A stretch of DNA of 62,557 nucleotides, the filler included. It is 9 parts of 9 records of this genome, joined end to end, with 100 filler letters (N's around TTAATTAATTAA, not from the genome) between each part and the next. Parts side by side here need not be neighbours in the genome. Positions count along the whole stretch, not along the records: positions 6,092 to 11,712 come from SRR31156797_38442; positions 11,813 to 17,556 come from SRR31156797_38520; positions 17,657 to 24,984 come from SRR31156797_38559; 6 more parts are not named here. The stretch is one strand, 5' to 3'. The translations under genes were made by a program, and so were the position numbers. This document shows, one piece after another, positions 9,113 through 20,933 of this stretch. The notes beneath the pieces were generated by a model. That model ran no database searches. It had not been told where the DNA came from and worked only from the letters and a program-made list of their open reading frames with translations. The stretch's first letter is position 1. The number at the start of each line of letters is the position of its first letter.

Positions 9113-11712
9113 TCATTCGATTCGATAATATCCCTGGGGATAAGGAAACGTAACCTTGGCCGAGGTTCCGACTCGACTACTGATTTCAAATCGGCCTTTA
9201 AGTTCATCCTTCACCAATGTGCGGATAATGGTCAGGCCGAGGTTGCCGTCGCGGTCTGGGTCGAAATATTCCGGTAGACCGGGGCCGTCATCCTGAACGC
9301 TGACAATCACGTCGCCATCCAACAGTTCGACGCTGATAAAGAGTCTGCCGCTGTCTCTTTCTTTGAAACCGTGTCCGACCGCATTCTGAACCAATTCGTT
9401 GACGACCACAGCCAGGGAGGTGGCTTCCCGGGAAGGCAACATACAATGTGGGCCGGATACGTCTATGGTGATGGCGAGTTCCGGTGTTGCCTCGGATTCG
9501 TGAAGGCGGCTGATGTTTCCTAAAAGCCGCCCCACGTCTACCATGCCGATTTCACCTTGTGAAAGCGTTTCGTGGACCACTGCGATGCTCATGATCCTGG
9601 AGATGCTGTCCGATAGCGCCTGCTCGGCCGTGACGCGGTGAAGTCTCCGGAGTTGCATGCGAAGGATGCTGGCTATGTTCTGAAGATTGTTTTTTACACG
9701 GTGGTGCATTTCCCGGTAGAATGTGGCATGTTTGTGCAGCGATTTGTTTTCGATGTAAATAGCGATCTGCCTGGAAATGCTTTGCAAAAAGTCCATATTT
9801 TCGAAGATACGCTCATGCTGCATCGACCATTTGTATTGCCGGCTGGAAAACAGATTGAGAATTCCCCTTAATTGATCTTTGTATATGATGGGTATTGAAA
9901 CAAAACCCAGAGGGAAAGGAGACACCAGGTCGATCGGCAGTTCTTCTCTTGTGCTGGGTGTATAGAACAACGGCTGTTGATTGTCGACTTGCCATCTGGC
10001 AAGTCTTTCGTCATTCTCCTTTTCTACGTTGCCGACATAAAATTCGGACTCACTTTCCATGGCCTCCTTGGCAATGAGACGATGCATCCTGTCCACCAGC
10101 CAGAGGCTGGCAAAGGATAGTTTCAAAACCCGGCGGATATGCTTTAATATCTTTTGGGATTGTGCACGGGCGCTTATTGGTTTCGATAATTCATGTCCCA
10201 GTTGATTCAGGATATCCAATTGTTGCAGCCGGATCTTTAGGCGGCCGTCCAACTCGATTCGATACAGACCGCTAGCCGTCAACTTGCTGATGGTTTCCGC
10301 GAGAATGGTGTCTTCCTTCTCCGGGGCGGCCCCATCCTTCTGCTTCAAAACCATCACGCCAAACCGTTTTGCATTACTGTCCAAATTGAAGTGATAAAAG
10401 CCGGATAATTCCTCACCCTCGTTCAATTGACTCGGGAACAGGTCAATATCCGACGCACCGGCAATCGCATATGTTTTGGTTTCATCGGTTAGCATGTAAA
10501 ACGCGCCGTGCGCCCATGGAAACAATACCGTCAATTCTTGAGTCAACGCGTTGAGGAGGCGGCTGACATCCGTATTTTCCTGTATGATCTGGTTGATTCC
10601 GCTAACGGATTTTATCTGTGACTCTTTTCTTTCCAACCGGGCATTGAACTCTTGTTGTACACGTTTCCCTTGATGGATAAGTGAGGCGACGGGGTTCAGT
10701 TCATCGGAAAAGACTAGAACGGAAACAGACTGGTTGTTGTAGACGGGCAGCCCATCGTCGAGCATGCCTTTCTCTCCGTATGTGTAAAAGCCGCAGATAG
10801 GCAGGCCCGTTTTTTGTCGCACGATCTTGATCTCTTCTTGATCGCCTTCGCCCTGTAACCTCAATGCACAGGATAGAAACAGCACCAGGGAGGGGCGCTT
10901 CAATCCGCCATGACGAACCGCTTTTTCATAAGCCGATAATCCAGCTTTTACACTCTCCTTCTCGTCCTTCCTCATCAAGGTCATCACATTGTCATTTCCG
11001 ATCAAATGCGGGAATTGAATAGAACCGTCTTTATCTATACGTTCCGGAACATGCAATATTGAATTTCCATAAACATCGATGGAACCGAACGGATACTCGT
11101 TATACTGAAATGAATTGGACGGAACTGTTGGTAATTCAGCGAAAACCCGACTGACCGGAATGTCTAACAGTTCGCTATACACTTCCGCTGCGGGACGATG
11201 GTCGAATTCCTGCACGACGTGGCCGGTCGAACGTGTTACCAGGACCCGATTTTTCGTCTCTGAAAAACCATGTGACATGCCTAGTCCAAAAAGAATTTCG
11301 GTCTCCAACAAGGCCAGGGCGACAGAATCAGTGGAAACGTTGTCGTTAACAATCTGATAGTTCTTGTCGTATTGAAAGTAGTCACCCGAACTTCCGCCGA
11401 AAATGGGGATCCGGTTGGTTGAATTCTGGCGGAGCATTGTGTGAATGTCATGGCTTAAGGAGTAGTGAGAGTTGGTCGATCCCGGGGTGAAGGCAATCAG
11501 AAGAACTGGTGATACTCCGGGGGTTCTCGGAGATGTCATGTTCAGCATCTGGTGTTGAAAATGGCCGGATGTGAAATACTCGGTGATTTTTGCGTCGGCT
11601 AAGGCATCCATGACGGCCTTCCGGTAATCCTGGCTGACATGACGGCCTAAACCGACTTGAACTTTCAGATGAGGGGACGCCAGAACACATACGACGACGC
11701 CGTTCGCGATAA
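9113..11712 (-). CDS. FIST-GAF sensor histidine kinase (HisKA_2, EutW/PdtaS-like), 5'-truncated
   Basis: FIST motifs GGSSGD, SHGF, SCALR, GFYTYGE; GAF-like regions; EMHHRVKNNLQ H-box; NELVQNA, DDGPG, GNLGL. Frame is open to the contig end. Confidence 0.88.
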
Positions 11713-11812
11713 NNNNNNNNNNNNNNNNNNNNNNNNNNNNNNNNNNNNNNNNNNNNTTAATTAATTAANNNNNNNNNNNNNNNNNNNNNNNNNNNNNNNN
11801 NNNNNNNNNNNN

Positions 11813-13284
11813 TGATAAAAACCCCGAATATTGATCGGATTGCAGAAGAAGGTATATTGTTTACAAATGCCAGTGTAACCAATTCCATTTGTGCTCCTTC
11901 CAGGGCAACAATTTTAACCGGAAAACATACGCACATTCATGGCAAAATTGATAATAATTTTCCTTTTGATACGACCAACGTCACGTTTCCACAAATTCTT
12001 AACGATGCAGGATATCAAACTGCTATGTTTGGCAAACTTCATTTTGGAAATAACCCTAAGGGTTTCGATGAATTTAAAATTCTCCCCGGGCAGGGCGATT
12101 ATTATAATCCTGAATTTATTACCAATAACGGCGATACAACCATCGAAGGATATTGTACGGATATTATTACCGATTTAACGCTCGACTGGATGGAAAACCG
12201 AAGAGAGGATGGTAAACCTTTTTTGCTGATGTACCTGCATAAAGCACCTCACCGCGAATGGTTGCCGGCACCCCGTCATTACCGGGAATTTACTCAAAAG
12301 ACTTTTCCTGAACCGGAAACACTTTTTGATGATTACAAGGGTAGGGGAACAGCTGCGGCAGAAGCAGAAATGAACCTGTTGAAACACATGACTCTTACTT
12401 CTGATAATAAACTGTATCCTGAAGTTGTAGATAGTTTGGGAATAGAGTCGTTAAACTGGGGAAAAAACACCTTCAACAGAATTTATAACCGGTTTACTGA
12501 AGAGCAAAAAAAAGAGTGGGATGAGGTGTATAAACCAATAAATGAAGAATTTGCACAAATGTATCCTGCAATGAACGATTCCGATTTAATGCGGTGGAAA
12601 TATCAGCGATATATGCAGGATTACCTGGGCTCAATTGCCTCGGTTGATGAAAATGTAGGTCGTTTAATGGATTTTCTTGATGCAAACGGATTAGATGAAA
12701 ATACAATTGTTGTGTATACTTCCGACCAGGGATTTTACCTGGGCGAACACGGATGGTTTGATAAACGGTTTATTTATGATGAATCATTTAAAACACCGCT
12801 TTTAATAAAATGGCCTGATGTTATTAATGCTGGAACCATTTCCGATGAAATGGTACAAAACCTCGATTTTGCACAAACTTTTCTTGACGCAGCCGGAATT
12901 GAGGCGCCGGAAGATATGCAGGGAGAAAGTTTTGTCCCGCTTTTAAAAGGAGAAACCGATAATTGGTCGCGCGATGCCGTTTATTATCATTATTACGAAT
13001 ACCCCGGATTTCACATGGTGAAACGCCATTATGGTATTGTTACAAAAGAATATAAACTGGCTCATTTTTATTACGATGTGGATGAATGGGAATTGTACGA
13101 CCGCAAAAACGATCCACTGGAAATAAATAATGTTTACGACCATCCTGATTATGCAAATGTGGTTGATGAGTTAAAAGTGAAATTAACAGAACTTCGCATA
13201 CAATATAAAGATTCAGTGGAACTGGATCAGAAATTCATAAAAATGTATGAAGACAGGGGAATTGGCAATCCGGTTTCCAATTAA
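11813..13284 (+). CDS. Sulfatase (S1 family), 5'-truncated
   Basis: KTPNIDRIA, CAPSRA formylglycine motif, GKLH, SDQGFYLGEHG. Confidence 0.92.
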
Positions 13285-14513
13285 TACAACATTCGGGCTT
13301 TTATAGTATTCGGAATTTTTTTCAGTTCTTTTAATATGGTATCGCTGATTTCACTTTCAGTATCAATTATTACATAACCAATATCGGAATCGGTTTGCAG
13401 GTATTGCGATGCAATGTTTATACTCCGGCTGGTAAATATATCGTTTATGTCTTTTAATAATCCGGGTACATTTTTATGAATATGTAAAAATCGTTGTTTC
13501 TCGCGGTTTGGTAATAGCGAAACCTGTGGGAAATTTACTGCCCCGATTGTTGAACCGTTGTCGCTGTATCGAATGAGTTTTTCCGTTACTTCCAATCCAA
13601 TATTTTCTTGTGCTTCAGCAGTGCTTCCTCCTATATGGGGAGTAAGAATTACATTGTCAAATTCCTGAAGTTCAGAAATGAATTTTTCACTGTTTGATGC
13701 TGGCTCTTTTGGGAAAACATCGGCGGCTGCACCCGATAAATGTTCCGATTTTAAGGCTTTTGCCAACGCAGGATAATCGACAACTGTTCCGCGTGAGGCA
13801 TTAATTAATAATGATCCTTTTTTCATGCTGGAAAGTTCTTTGCCCGAAATCATCTTTTGAGTTCCTTCAGTTTCGGGAACATGCAGAGAAACCACATCCG
13901 ATATTTTTAAAAGTTCATCTAAGGAATTGCATGAAATGGCTTTCCCAAGACTTAATTTTTTTTCAATATCAAAATAATAAACATTCATTCCCAGTGATTC
14001 TGCTAAAATGGAAACTTGTGATCCAATATGTCCGTAACCAACAATTCCAAGATTTTTATCTCTTACTTCATATGAATTTGTAGCCGATTTTATCCATTCT
14101 CCGCGATGAGCTGCCGCATTTTTTGATGGAATTTCACGCATTAACATAATGGCTTCGGCAATAACCAGTTCTGCTACCGATCGCGTATTTGAAAAAGGAG
14201 CATTAAAAACGGGTATCCCAAGTTGTTTCGCTTGTAGTAAATTAACCTGGTTTGTGCCAATGCTAAAACATCCAATGGCAAAAAGTTTTTTGGCTTTTTT
14301 AAGAATTTTTTCTGAAAGTTGTGTTCTCGATCGGATACCAACTAAATGAACATCCTTGACTTTTTGCGCCAGATCTTCTTCATCGAGTGCTGTTTTAAGG
14401 TATTCAATATTTGAATAACCGGCAGCTTTCAAACTTTCAACCGATGAATTGTGAATGCCTTCAAGTAAAAGTATTTTAATGTATTTTTTATCGAGAGAGA
14501 ACTTTTTTGCCAT
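13281..14513 (-). CDS. serA: D-3-phosphoglycerate dehydrogenase
   Basis: GIRSRT, GIVGYGHIG, INASRG, TPHIGGST, C-terminal ACT domain. Confidence 0.95.
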   Translation of the reverse strand: MAKKFSLDKKYIKILLLEGIHNSSVESLKAAGYSNIEYLKTALDEEDLAQKVKDVHLVGIRSRTQLSEKILKKAKKLFAIGCFSIGTNQVNLLQAKQLGIPVFNAPFSNTRSVAELVIAEAIMLMREIPSKNAAAHRGEWIKSATNSYEVRDKNLGIVGYGHIGSQVSILAESLGMNVYYFDIEKKLSLGKAISCNSLDELLKISDVVSLHVPETEGTQKMISGKELSSMKKGSLLINASRGTVVDYPALAKALKSEHLSGAAADVFPKEPASNSEKFISELQEFDNVILTPHIGGSTAEAQENIGLEVTEKLIRYSDNGSTIGAVNFPQVSLLPNREKQRFLHIHKNVPGLLKDINDIFTSRSINIASQYLQTDSDIGYVIIDTESEISDTILKELKKIPNTIKARMLY

Positions 14514-14621
14514 GGTTTGATTTTTTCTCAAAAATACAATTGGAAATATTGATTTTGGCAAAAATGAAGATTTAATTTGCTGAATTATTGATGATCTAAA
14601 ACATCAGAAAAAAGATTTTTT

Positions 14622-15368
14622 TTATGAAAGTATTACATCAACGCCTGTTTTTTTAAATTCTTTTTGAAATTTTGAATGAAGGTCTTTATCGGTTGCAACA
14701 TGTTGAATGTCTTTTGGAAAACAAATATTTGTTAATTCTGTTTTTCCAAACTTGCTCGAGTCGGAGACAATAAAAACATCGCGGGCTTTTTGAATAATAT
14801 AACTTGAAATTTCAGCTCTAAAAAGATTTCTTATTGTAAATCCCGAGTTGTCGGTGTAACCGTCGATTCCAATAAATGCTTTGTCGATGTTAATTTGGTC
14901 GATACAGGTTTTTGTAATTTTTCCTACCAGAGTTTCACTGTCGTGCTGATAAATTCCACCAAGAATAATAATGTTGGCTTGTTCATTTTTTCTGAATTGC
15001 CGGGCAATATAAACGTTGGTGGTAATAATGGTTACTTTTTTAATTTTTAGCAATTCGCGCGCCAGAAGCACATTTACTGAACCCGATTCAATTAAAATGG
15101 TTTCGCCTTCATTAACTAAACCAGCTACTTTTTTAGCAATTCTGAGTTTTTTCTCATAATTCATTCCCAGGCGGTTGGTTAAATCGTCGGCATCTTTTAA
15201 TACTGCTCCGCCATGAACACGTTTCAGCAAACCTTCCGCTTCCAGGAAGTTTAAATCCTGACGGATGGTTACCGAAGAAACGTTTAATTTTTCAGTAAGT
15301 TCAATTACGGAAGTCTGGTCGTTATTCCCCAGTATTTTAAGGATTTTATTTTGACGTTCATTCAGCAT
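14622..15368 (-). CDS. DeoR/GlpR family regulator
   Basis: VSSVTIRQDL...RVHGGA HTH and a sugar-phosphate sensor domain. Confidence 0.92.
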   Translation of the reverse strand: MLNERQNKILKILGNNDQTSVIELTEKLNVSSVTIRQDLNFLEAEGLLKRVHGGAVLKDADDLTNRLGMNYEKKLRIAKKVAGLVNEGETILIESGSVNVLLARELLKIKKVTIITTNVYIARQFRKNEQANIIILGGIYQHDSETLVGKITKTCIDQINIDKAFIGIDGYTDNSGFTIRNLFRAEISSYIIQKARDVFIVSDSSKFGKTELTNICFPKDIQHVATDKDLHSKFQKEFKKTGVDVILS

Positions 15369-15370
15369 AT

Positions 15371-16330
15371 TTATTCAAGTGCTAAGGCCGCGGCACCTAT
15401 TACTCCGGCATCGGCTCCAATATTTGAAATTACAATTTTCAACGGATCGAACATCATATCTCTGGCGAGTGCATAAAATGTCTCTTTAATTTTGTCGAGA
15501 TAAAAATCACCCCAATTCGTAAGTCCACCGCCTAAGACAATAATTGGCGGATTTAAAGTTTGGAAGATATTGTAAATACCCAGTCCAACATAATATGCGC
15601 TGTCGGAAATAATTTCCATTGAAACGGGATCTTTTATATCCAGTCCTTTTTTTAGCGTTTGCCCGCTAAGTTTTGAAATATCGAAATTAGGTGGCAGGTT
15701 CAGTAAGCTTCTCTTGCCTTCTTTGATTTTCTTTTCGTATAAATACGGAAGTGCCATTCCGCATGCCATGGCCATTAAACAACCTTTATTTCCGCAGGTG
15801 CAGGTTAATTCGCTGTGTGGTTCAACAATTGTATGTCCAAATTCTCCGGCTGTTCCGGTAACTCCGCGGTATAGTTTTTTGTTGATAATAAGTCCTGCTC
15901 CAATTCCCGTGCTAATAGTAAGAAAAACCATGTCGTTGTATCCTTTTCCTGCTCCAAATTTAAATGCACCAAAGGCCTGGGCATTGGCATCGTTATCCAG
16001 AATTACGGGTATTTTAAAATACTTCTGCACTTCATCCCGCAGTGGGTAATTTTTAAATCCTTTTAAATTGGAAGTAGTGATAATAACACCATCGCGAAAC
16101 CGGATGTGCCCGGCGCAACCAATTCCGATTCCCAACACATCGGTTTCCTGTAAATTATTTCGCTTAAAAAGTTCTTTAATTTGTTCGGCAACCAGCTTTA
16201 CCAGCCCGTTTTCGTTTTCTTCAACATGGGCACAAGTATACATTCTGTCGAGTATTTTTCCTGTAGTATCTGCGAGTACGATAGAACATTTTGTTCCTCC
16301 AATATCGACTCCGCAAAGCAGTTTTTCCAT
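15371..16330 (-). CDS. ROK family sugar kinase
   Basis: GVDIGGT, NDANA, STGIGAG, AGEFGH, CTCGNKGC. Confidence 0.92.
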   Translation of the reverse strand: MEKLLCGVDIGGTKCSIVLADTTGKILDRMYTCAHVEENENGLVKLVAEQIKELFKRNNLQETDVLGIGIGCAGHIRFRDGVIITTSNLKGFKNYPLRDEVQKYFKIPVILDNDANAQAFGAFKFGAGKGYNDMVFLTISTGIGAGLIINKKLYRGVTGTAGEFGHTIVEPHSELTCTCGNKGCLMAMACGMALPYLYEKKIKEGKRSLLNLPPNFDISKLSGQTLKKGLDIKDPVSMEIISDSAYYVGLGIYNIFQTLNPPIIVLGGGLTNWGDFYLDKIKETFYALARDMMFDPLKIVISNIGADAGVIGAAALALE

Positions 16331-16334
16331 AGGT

Positions 16335-17556
16335 TTAGTAGTTTAGTGAATGTTCGGTTCTTGCAATTATATCATCTTGCGTATCAGGCGACAAAGTAGT
16401 GAAAAATGCTGAATATCCGGCTACACGTACAATGAGGTCGCGGTATTTTTCCGGGTTTTTCTGGGCAGCAATCAGCGTTTCTTTTGAAACAATATTATAC
16501 TGAACATGCCAGCCTTTTAAATCGGCAAAAAAGGTGCTTATAATTGAAATCAATTTTTCTTTATCAATATCTTTTTGAATGGTTGCCGGCGATAATTTCT
16601 GGTTTAGCAGAACACCGCCCATAATACGTTGTGTGGGAAGTTTTGCCACCGATTTAAAGACTGCGGTTGGCCCTAAAATATCAGTTCCCGATGATGGCGA
16701 ACTTCCCTCGGCAACCGGAGTAAATGCTTTTCTTCCATCGGGAGTGGCGGGAACAACAGCACCGTTGGGAACATTTGCAGAAATACTGGAAGTGCCGGCG
16801 TAATATTTACAACCAATTGGTCCCCGATTGAAACGGGTGGTGTGGTAATTATCCAGTTCGTCCATAAATTCAGAATATGCATCTTTTAGCAAAAGATCCA
16901 CATAATCGTCGTCGTTGCCGTATTTTGGAGCATAATTCAATAATAATTGCCTGGTTTTTTCTCCTTCAATGCCTTCAAAATTTGTTTCTATGGCGTGCAA
17001 CAATTGTTCTTTTGTAATTCTTTTTTCTTCGAAAACCAGTTTTTTTATGGCGGCCAATGAATTCCCTAAATTCGCAATTCCCACTTGAAGCCCGGAAACA
17101 AAATCGTATTTGGAGCCGCCTTCTTTTATTGTTTTTCCACGCGGTATACAACTGTCTACGAAGGCAGAACAAAGAATGTCGGGAACATTTTCTTCCAGCG
17201 CAGTATCGACGGCAGTATCAATTTCTACGGTTTTGCGGGCATAAAATTTAATTTGATGTTGCCAGGCTTTGTAAACTTCTTCAAACGATTCAGCATCTTT
17301 AAAATTACCAATTCCTTTTTGAAAAGTTTTCCCTGTTTGTTTGTCAAGGCCATCGTACATCGAAGCCAGAAAAACACGCATAAGATTCAAAAAACTCATT
17401 CCTGTGCAGCGATACCCCCATTTTCCCGGAACCGCAATTTCTATACATCCGATTGCTGAATAGTTCATGGCATCTTCTTTTTCAACACCCAAATCCAGCA
17501 GTCCGGGTATTACAATTTCGTCGTTGTTAAACGAAGGCATTCCAAATCCTTTTTCA
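16335..17556 (-). CDS. Glycyl radical enzyme, YbiW-like, 5'-truncated
   Basis: AIGCIE Cys loop followed by GKWGYRCTGMSF, RVAGYS glycyl loop, DDIIARTEH terminus; these resemble E. coli YbiW as recalled. Confidence 0.85.
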
Positions 17557-17656
17557 NNNNNNNNNNNNNNNNNNNNNNNNNNNNNNNNNNNNNNNNNNNN
17601 TTAATTAATTAANNNNNNNNNNNNNNNNNNNNNNNNNNNNNNNNNNNNNNNNNNNN

Positions 17657-18140
17657 AAATGCGGTTTGCAACTATCTTTTTAGACAGGTCTTCAACTCTT
17701 TTTTGAGCTGTTAACAATATTTTTTCAATAAATGCCTTACGGTAACCTAAAAAAACGTTGGCAGGCATTACAATTGTCTCTTCCTGCGATATTTCGTAAC
17801 CATTTTTTAAGAGTATTTTTCTAAGTTCATAAGTAGCTCCGCCGTTAAAAAACGGATCACCTGGAGATTTTACTATGAAAAAAGGTCTATTCTTTCCCTT
17901 TGGCAGATACTTTTTTAAGAATTTTATCACATTTTTGGGAGCATTAAGAGCGTGAACCGGGTAAATAAGGCCGGCCTTTATAAAATCATCATCAAACTTT
18001 TCACCTTTTCTGATCACATCATCTATATTAATAAGTTTTAAATCAAAGTTCCTGGAAAGTTCTGATGAAAAAAGGTTTGCGACGTATTCAGTGTTGCCAC
18101 TGCCTGAAAAGAAAAAAATAGAAAGAGTTTCTCTATTCAA
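17657..18140 (-). CDS. EFR1-like flavodoxin/ferredoxin protein, 3'-truncated
   Basis: FFSGSGNT flavodoxin loop, YPVH, MPAN. Confidence 0.75.
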
Positions 18141-19092
18141 AAATGTGTCCTATTCTAAATGGTCTAAAATCAACCACGTCAAAGATAGACTCTCCAAATT
18201 GAACGGAAAACCAGACAAACAGAGGCTTGCCTTGAACATTCTCTCGAGGAACAAAACCCCAATATCTGCTGTCTAAACTATCATCGCGGTTGTCACCCAT
18301 TACAAAATAGCTTCTGTTTGGAACTGTGAACGATTTGTTGCAGAATGTGCAGTAGGCTTCCATTTCTTTACGAACTGTCGGGTGGATGTTTTCATTGTAC
18401 TGGACTTTATAGCTGTCACCGTTCTCATTTGTCTCAATATACTGAGCGGCTTCAATGATCTTTCCTTTTGAAGAAGTATAGGAGATCTTTTCTGTAAACT
18501 CTCTTTCAAGTTTTTTACCATTAACAAAAAGATCTGTACCTGAAATAAAAATTGTGTCTCCAGGAACTCCGACAACTCTTTTAACAAGTGCCTTTTTCTC
18601 CGGATTCGGTTCAGTGAAAGTGATAATATCGCCTCTATCAGGATCAAGGAACTCCAAAAACTGTTCTGAAGCGAAAGGAACGGTAAGTCCGTGAACGAAC
18701 ATCGCAACAAAAAGATTATCGCCGATCTTAATGGTATCGACCATGCTTCCGGAAGGAACACGATATGACCCGATAACAAAGAATTTAAGAATAAGTGCAA
18801 TAAGAACCACAAGCCAAAGTTCATCAAAAAGTTCCCAGATAGTATTCTGTTTATATTTATTAAATGTCATCTTAAAACGATGCTCAAGCTCATAGCTGAC
18901 TTTTTCAAGCTTTTCAAGTTCAGGCTTCTTCTTGAAAGTTTTTTCAACCTCTAAAACCTCTTCAAGAGAGAGGTTGAGTTTCTTTTCAACACTTTCAGGG
19001 AGAGCTTTTCTTTTCTTCCTTATCCATTCGAGTTGTCTTTTTCTGTAGTCAATTTTCTTAATGAGTTTCCGAATCTTTCTTCTTTTCAACAT
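18133..19092 (-). CDS. lepB: Signal peptidase I
   Basis: PSGSM (Ser), VKRVVG (Lys), MGDNRDDSLDSRYWG. Confidence 0.95.
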   Translation of the reverse strand: MLKRRKIRKLIKKIDYRKRQLEWIRKKRKALPESVEKKLNLSLEEVLEVEKTFKKKPELEKLEKVSYELEHRFKMTFNKYKQNTIWELFDELWLVVLIALILKFFVIGSYRVPSGSMVDTIKIGDNLFVAMFVHGLTVPFASEQFLEFLDPDRGDIITFTEPNPEKKALVKRVVGVPGDTIFISGTDLFVNGKKLEREFTEKISYTSSKGKIIEAAQYIETNENGDSYKVQYNENIHPTVRKEMEAYCTFCNKSFTVPNRSYFVMGDNRDDSLDSRYWGFVPRENVQGKPLFVWFSVQFGESIFDVVDFRPFRIGHIFE

Positions 19093-19252
19093 TGCAACCT
19101 CCGCGTTCAGTCGGATAGAAAATATTCAAAACTGAGCTAAAAGCAAGCCTGTGTTGTTAAAAACTTGACAGCATTTGTTTTTCAACTATAAATAAACGGC
19201 TTTTTAGCGAGGTCGTTTTTAAGCTGTTTTTTTTATACGAATGGAGGAAGAT

Positions 19253-19546
19253 TTGGCTCATCACAAGTCCGCAAAAAAGAGAATCAAAACGAGCGAAAAG
19301 AAAAGAATGTATAACCGCTCAATAAAATCAAGGATCAAGACTTACACACGCTATTTCAAAGAAGGAATTGAAGAGGCTGCACAGGATGCTGAGACTGCTA
19401 AATATCGTGAAGATGTTTTGAAGAAACTTCAGAAGATCACAAGCGAAATGCATAAAGCTGTTTCAAAGGGTGTTTTTCATAAAAGTACAGCTGGAAGAAG
19501 AGTTGGCAGACTTACTGCACTTTACAACAAGACTTTCTCCAACTGA
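19253..19546 (+). CDS. rpsT: 30S ribosomal protein S20
   Basis: AHHKSAKKR...KGVFHKSTAGRR; TTG start after GGAGG. Confidence 0.93.
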   Translation: MAHHKSAKKRIKTSEKKRMYNRSIKSRIKTYTRYFKEGIEEAAQDAETAKYREDVLKKLQKITSEMHKAVSKGVFHKSTAGRRVGRLTALYNKTFSN

Positions 19547-19649
19547 TAGCTTAGATAGCTCTCATATTTATTAAGGCCCGAAAGAGTCTTTTCTGCCGCA
19601 ATGACAGAACTGCACTTTTATCGGGTCTTTTGTTTTTTGGAGGCAGACA

Positions 19650-20906
19650 ATGACATCATCTCTTATTATTGAAAATATTTCAGAAATTTTTACAGCAAAA
19701 GATAAGGATCCGATCCTCAAAGGTGGAGACCTTCTGATCGCTGCAAAAAAGAATGGAAAGATCAGTTTTGTTGGAAAAAGATCTGAATTTTTAAAATTAG
19801 ATCCTAACTTCAGGACAAACTTTGATAAGATAGTTGATGCAGGCAATAGGGTTATTTATCCGGGAATGATAGACAGTCATACCCATATTGTTTTTGCAGC
19901 AACAAGAGAAGATGAATTTGCAATGAAGGCGCGTGGCGCAAGTTATGAAGAGATCGCAATTGCAGGCGGAGGAATCCTTAATAGTGCTAAAAAAACAGCA
20001 CTGGCAACGGTTGATGATATCTATGAGCAATCAGCAAAAAGACTTGAACAACTTATAAGCTACGGTGTCACCACTGTAGAAATTAAATCAGGTTACGCGC
20101 TGACTCTTGATGGCGAGCTTAAGCTTCTTGAAGCAATAAAGAAACTTAAAGAAAACTATCCGATCGAAATAGTTTCCACCTTTCTTGGAGCTCACGCTTA
20201 TCCAACTGAATTCAAAAATGACCATGAAGGTTATATCAGTTTAATAAACGATGAAATGCTTCCTGAAATTAAGAGTAGGGGGCTAGCTGAGTTCGTTGAT
20301 GTTTTCTGTGAAGAAGGCTATTTTTCGCTCATTGAGACCGAAAAGATACTCACAAGGGCTAAAGACCTTGGATTTAAACTGAAGCTACATGCAGATGAAT
20401 TCAATTCTCTTGGGGGAACGGAGCTTGCTGCACAAATGGGAGCGGCCTCTGTCGATCATCTTGAAGAGATCTCAGAAAAGGGAATTGAGTTACTTGCAAG
20501 TACCGGAACAGTTGCCGGAGTTCTTCCGATCACTTCAGTTTTTTCAAGACTTCCTTTTGCTCCTGCCAAAAGAATGATAGAGGCTGGTGTAAAGGTTGCG
20601 CTTGCTACTGATATGAATCCCGGAAGCAGTATGTGCGGTTTTTTGCCAATGGCTGCAAGTTTAGGAGCAACTCAGCTTCAGATCAGTGCAGAAGATTCAC
20701 TTAAGGGAATTACTGTAAATGGCGCTGCTTCTGTAAAAAGAGAGAAGATAAAGGGAACAGTCGAAGTCGGGAAGGATGCAGACTTGGTGATTATGGATAC
20801 TAATTCATGGATATATCCTTTGTACCATTTTGCTCACAACCATGTTCATTCTGTCTTTTCCAAAGGTCAACTTCTTGACTTTAATAGTCGAAAACAGTTA
20901 AATTAA
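19650..20906 (+). CDS. hutI: Imidazolonepropionase
   Basis: DSHTH, GGGIL, EIKSGY, HADE, ATDMNPGS. Confidence 0.93.
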   Translation: MTSSLIIENISEIFTAKDKDPILKGGDLLIAAKKNGKISFVGKRSEFLKLDPNFRTNFDKIVDAGNRVIYPGMIDSHTHIVFAATREDEFAMKARGASYEEIAIAGGGILNSAKKTALATVDDIYEQSAKRLEQLISYGVTTVEIKSGYALTLDGELKLLEAIKKLKENYPIEIVSTFLGAHAYPTEFKNDHEGYISLINDEMLPEIKSRGLAEFVDVFCEEGYFSLIETEKILTRAKDLGFKLKLHADEFNSLGGTELAAQMGAASVDHLEEISEKGIELLASTGTVAGVLPITSVFSRLPFAPAKRMIEAGVKVALATDMNPGSSMCGFLPMAASLGATQLQISAEDSLKGITVNGAASVKREKIKGTVEVGKDADLVIMDTNSWIYPLYHFAHNHVHSVFSKGQLLDFNSRKQLN

Positions 20907-20933
20907 TGGCGTTAAATGATTAATGGTGACTCA

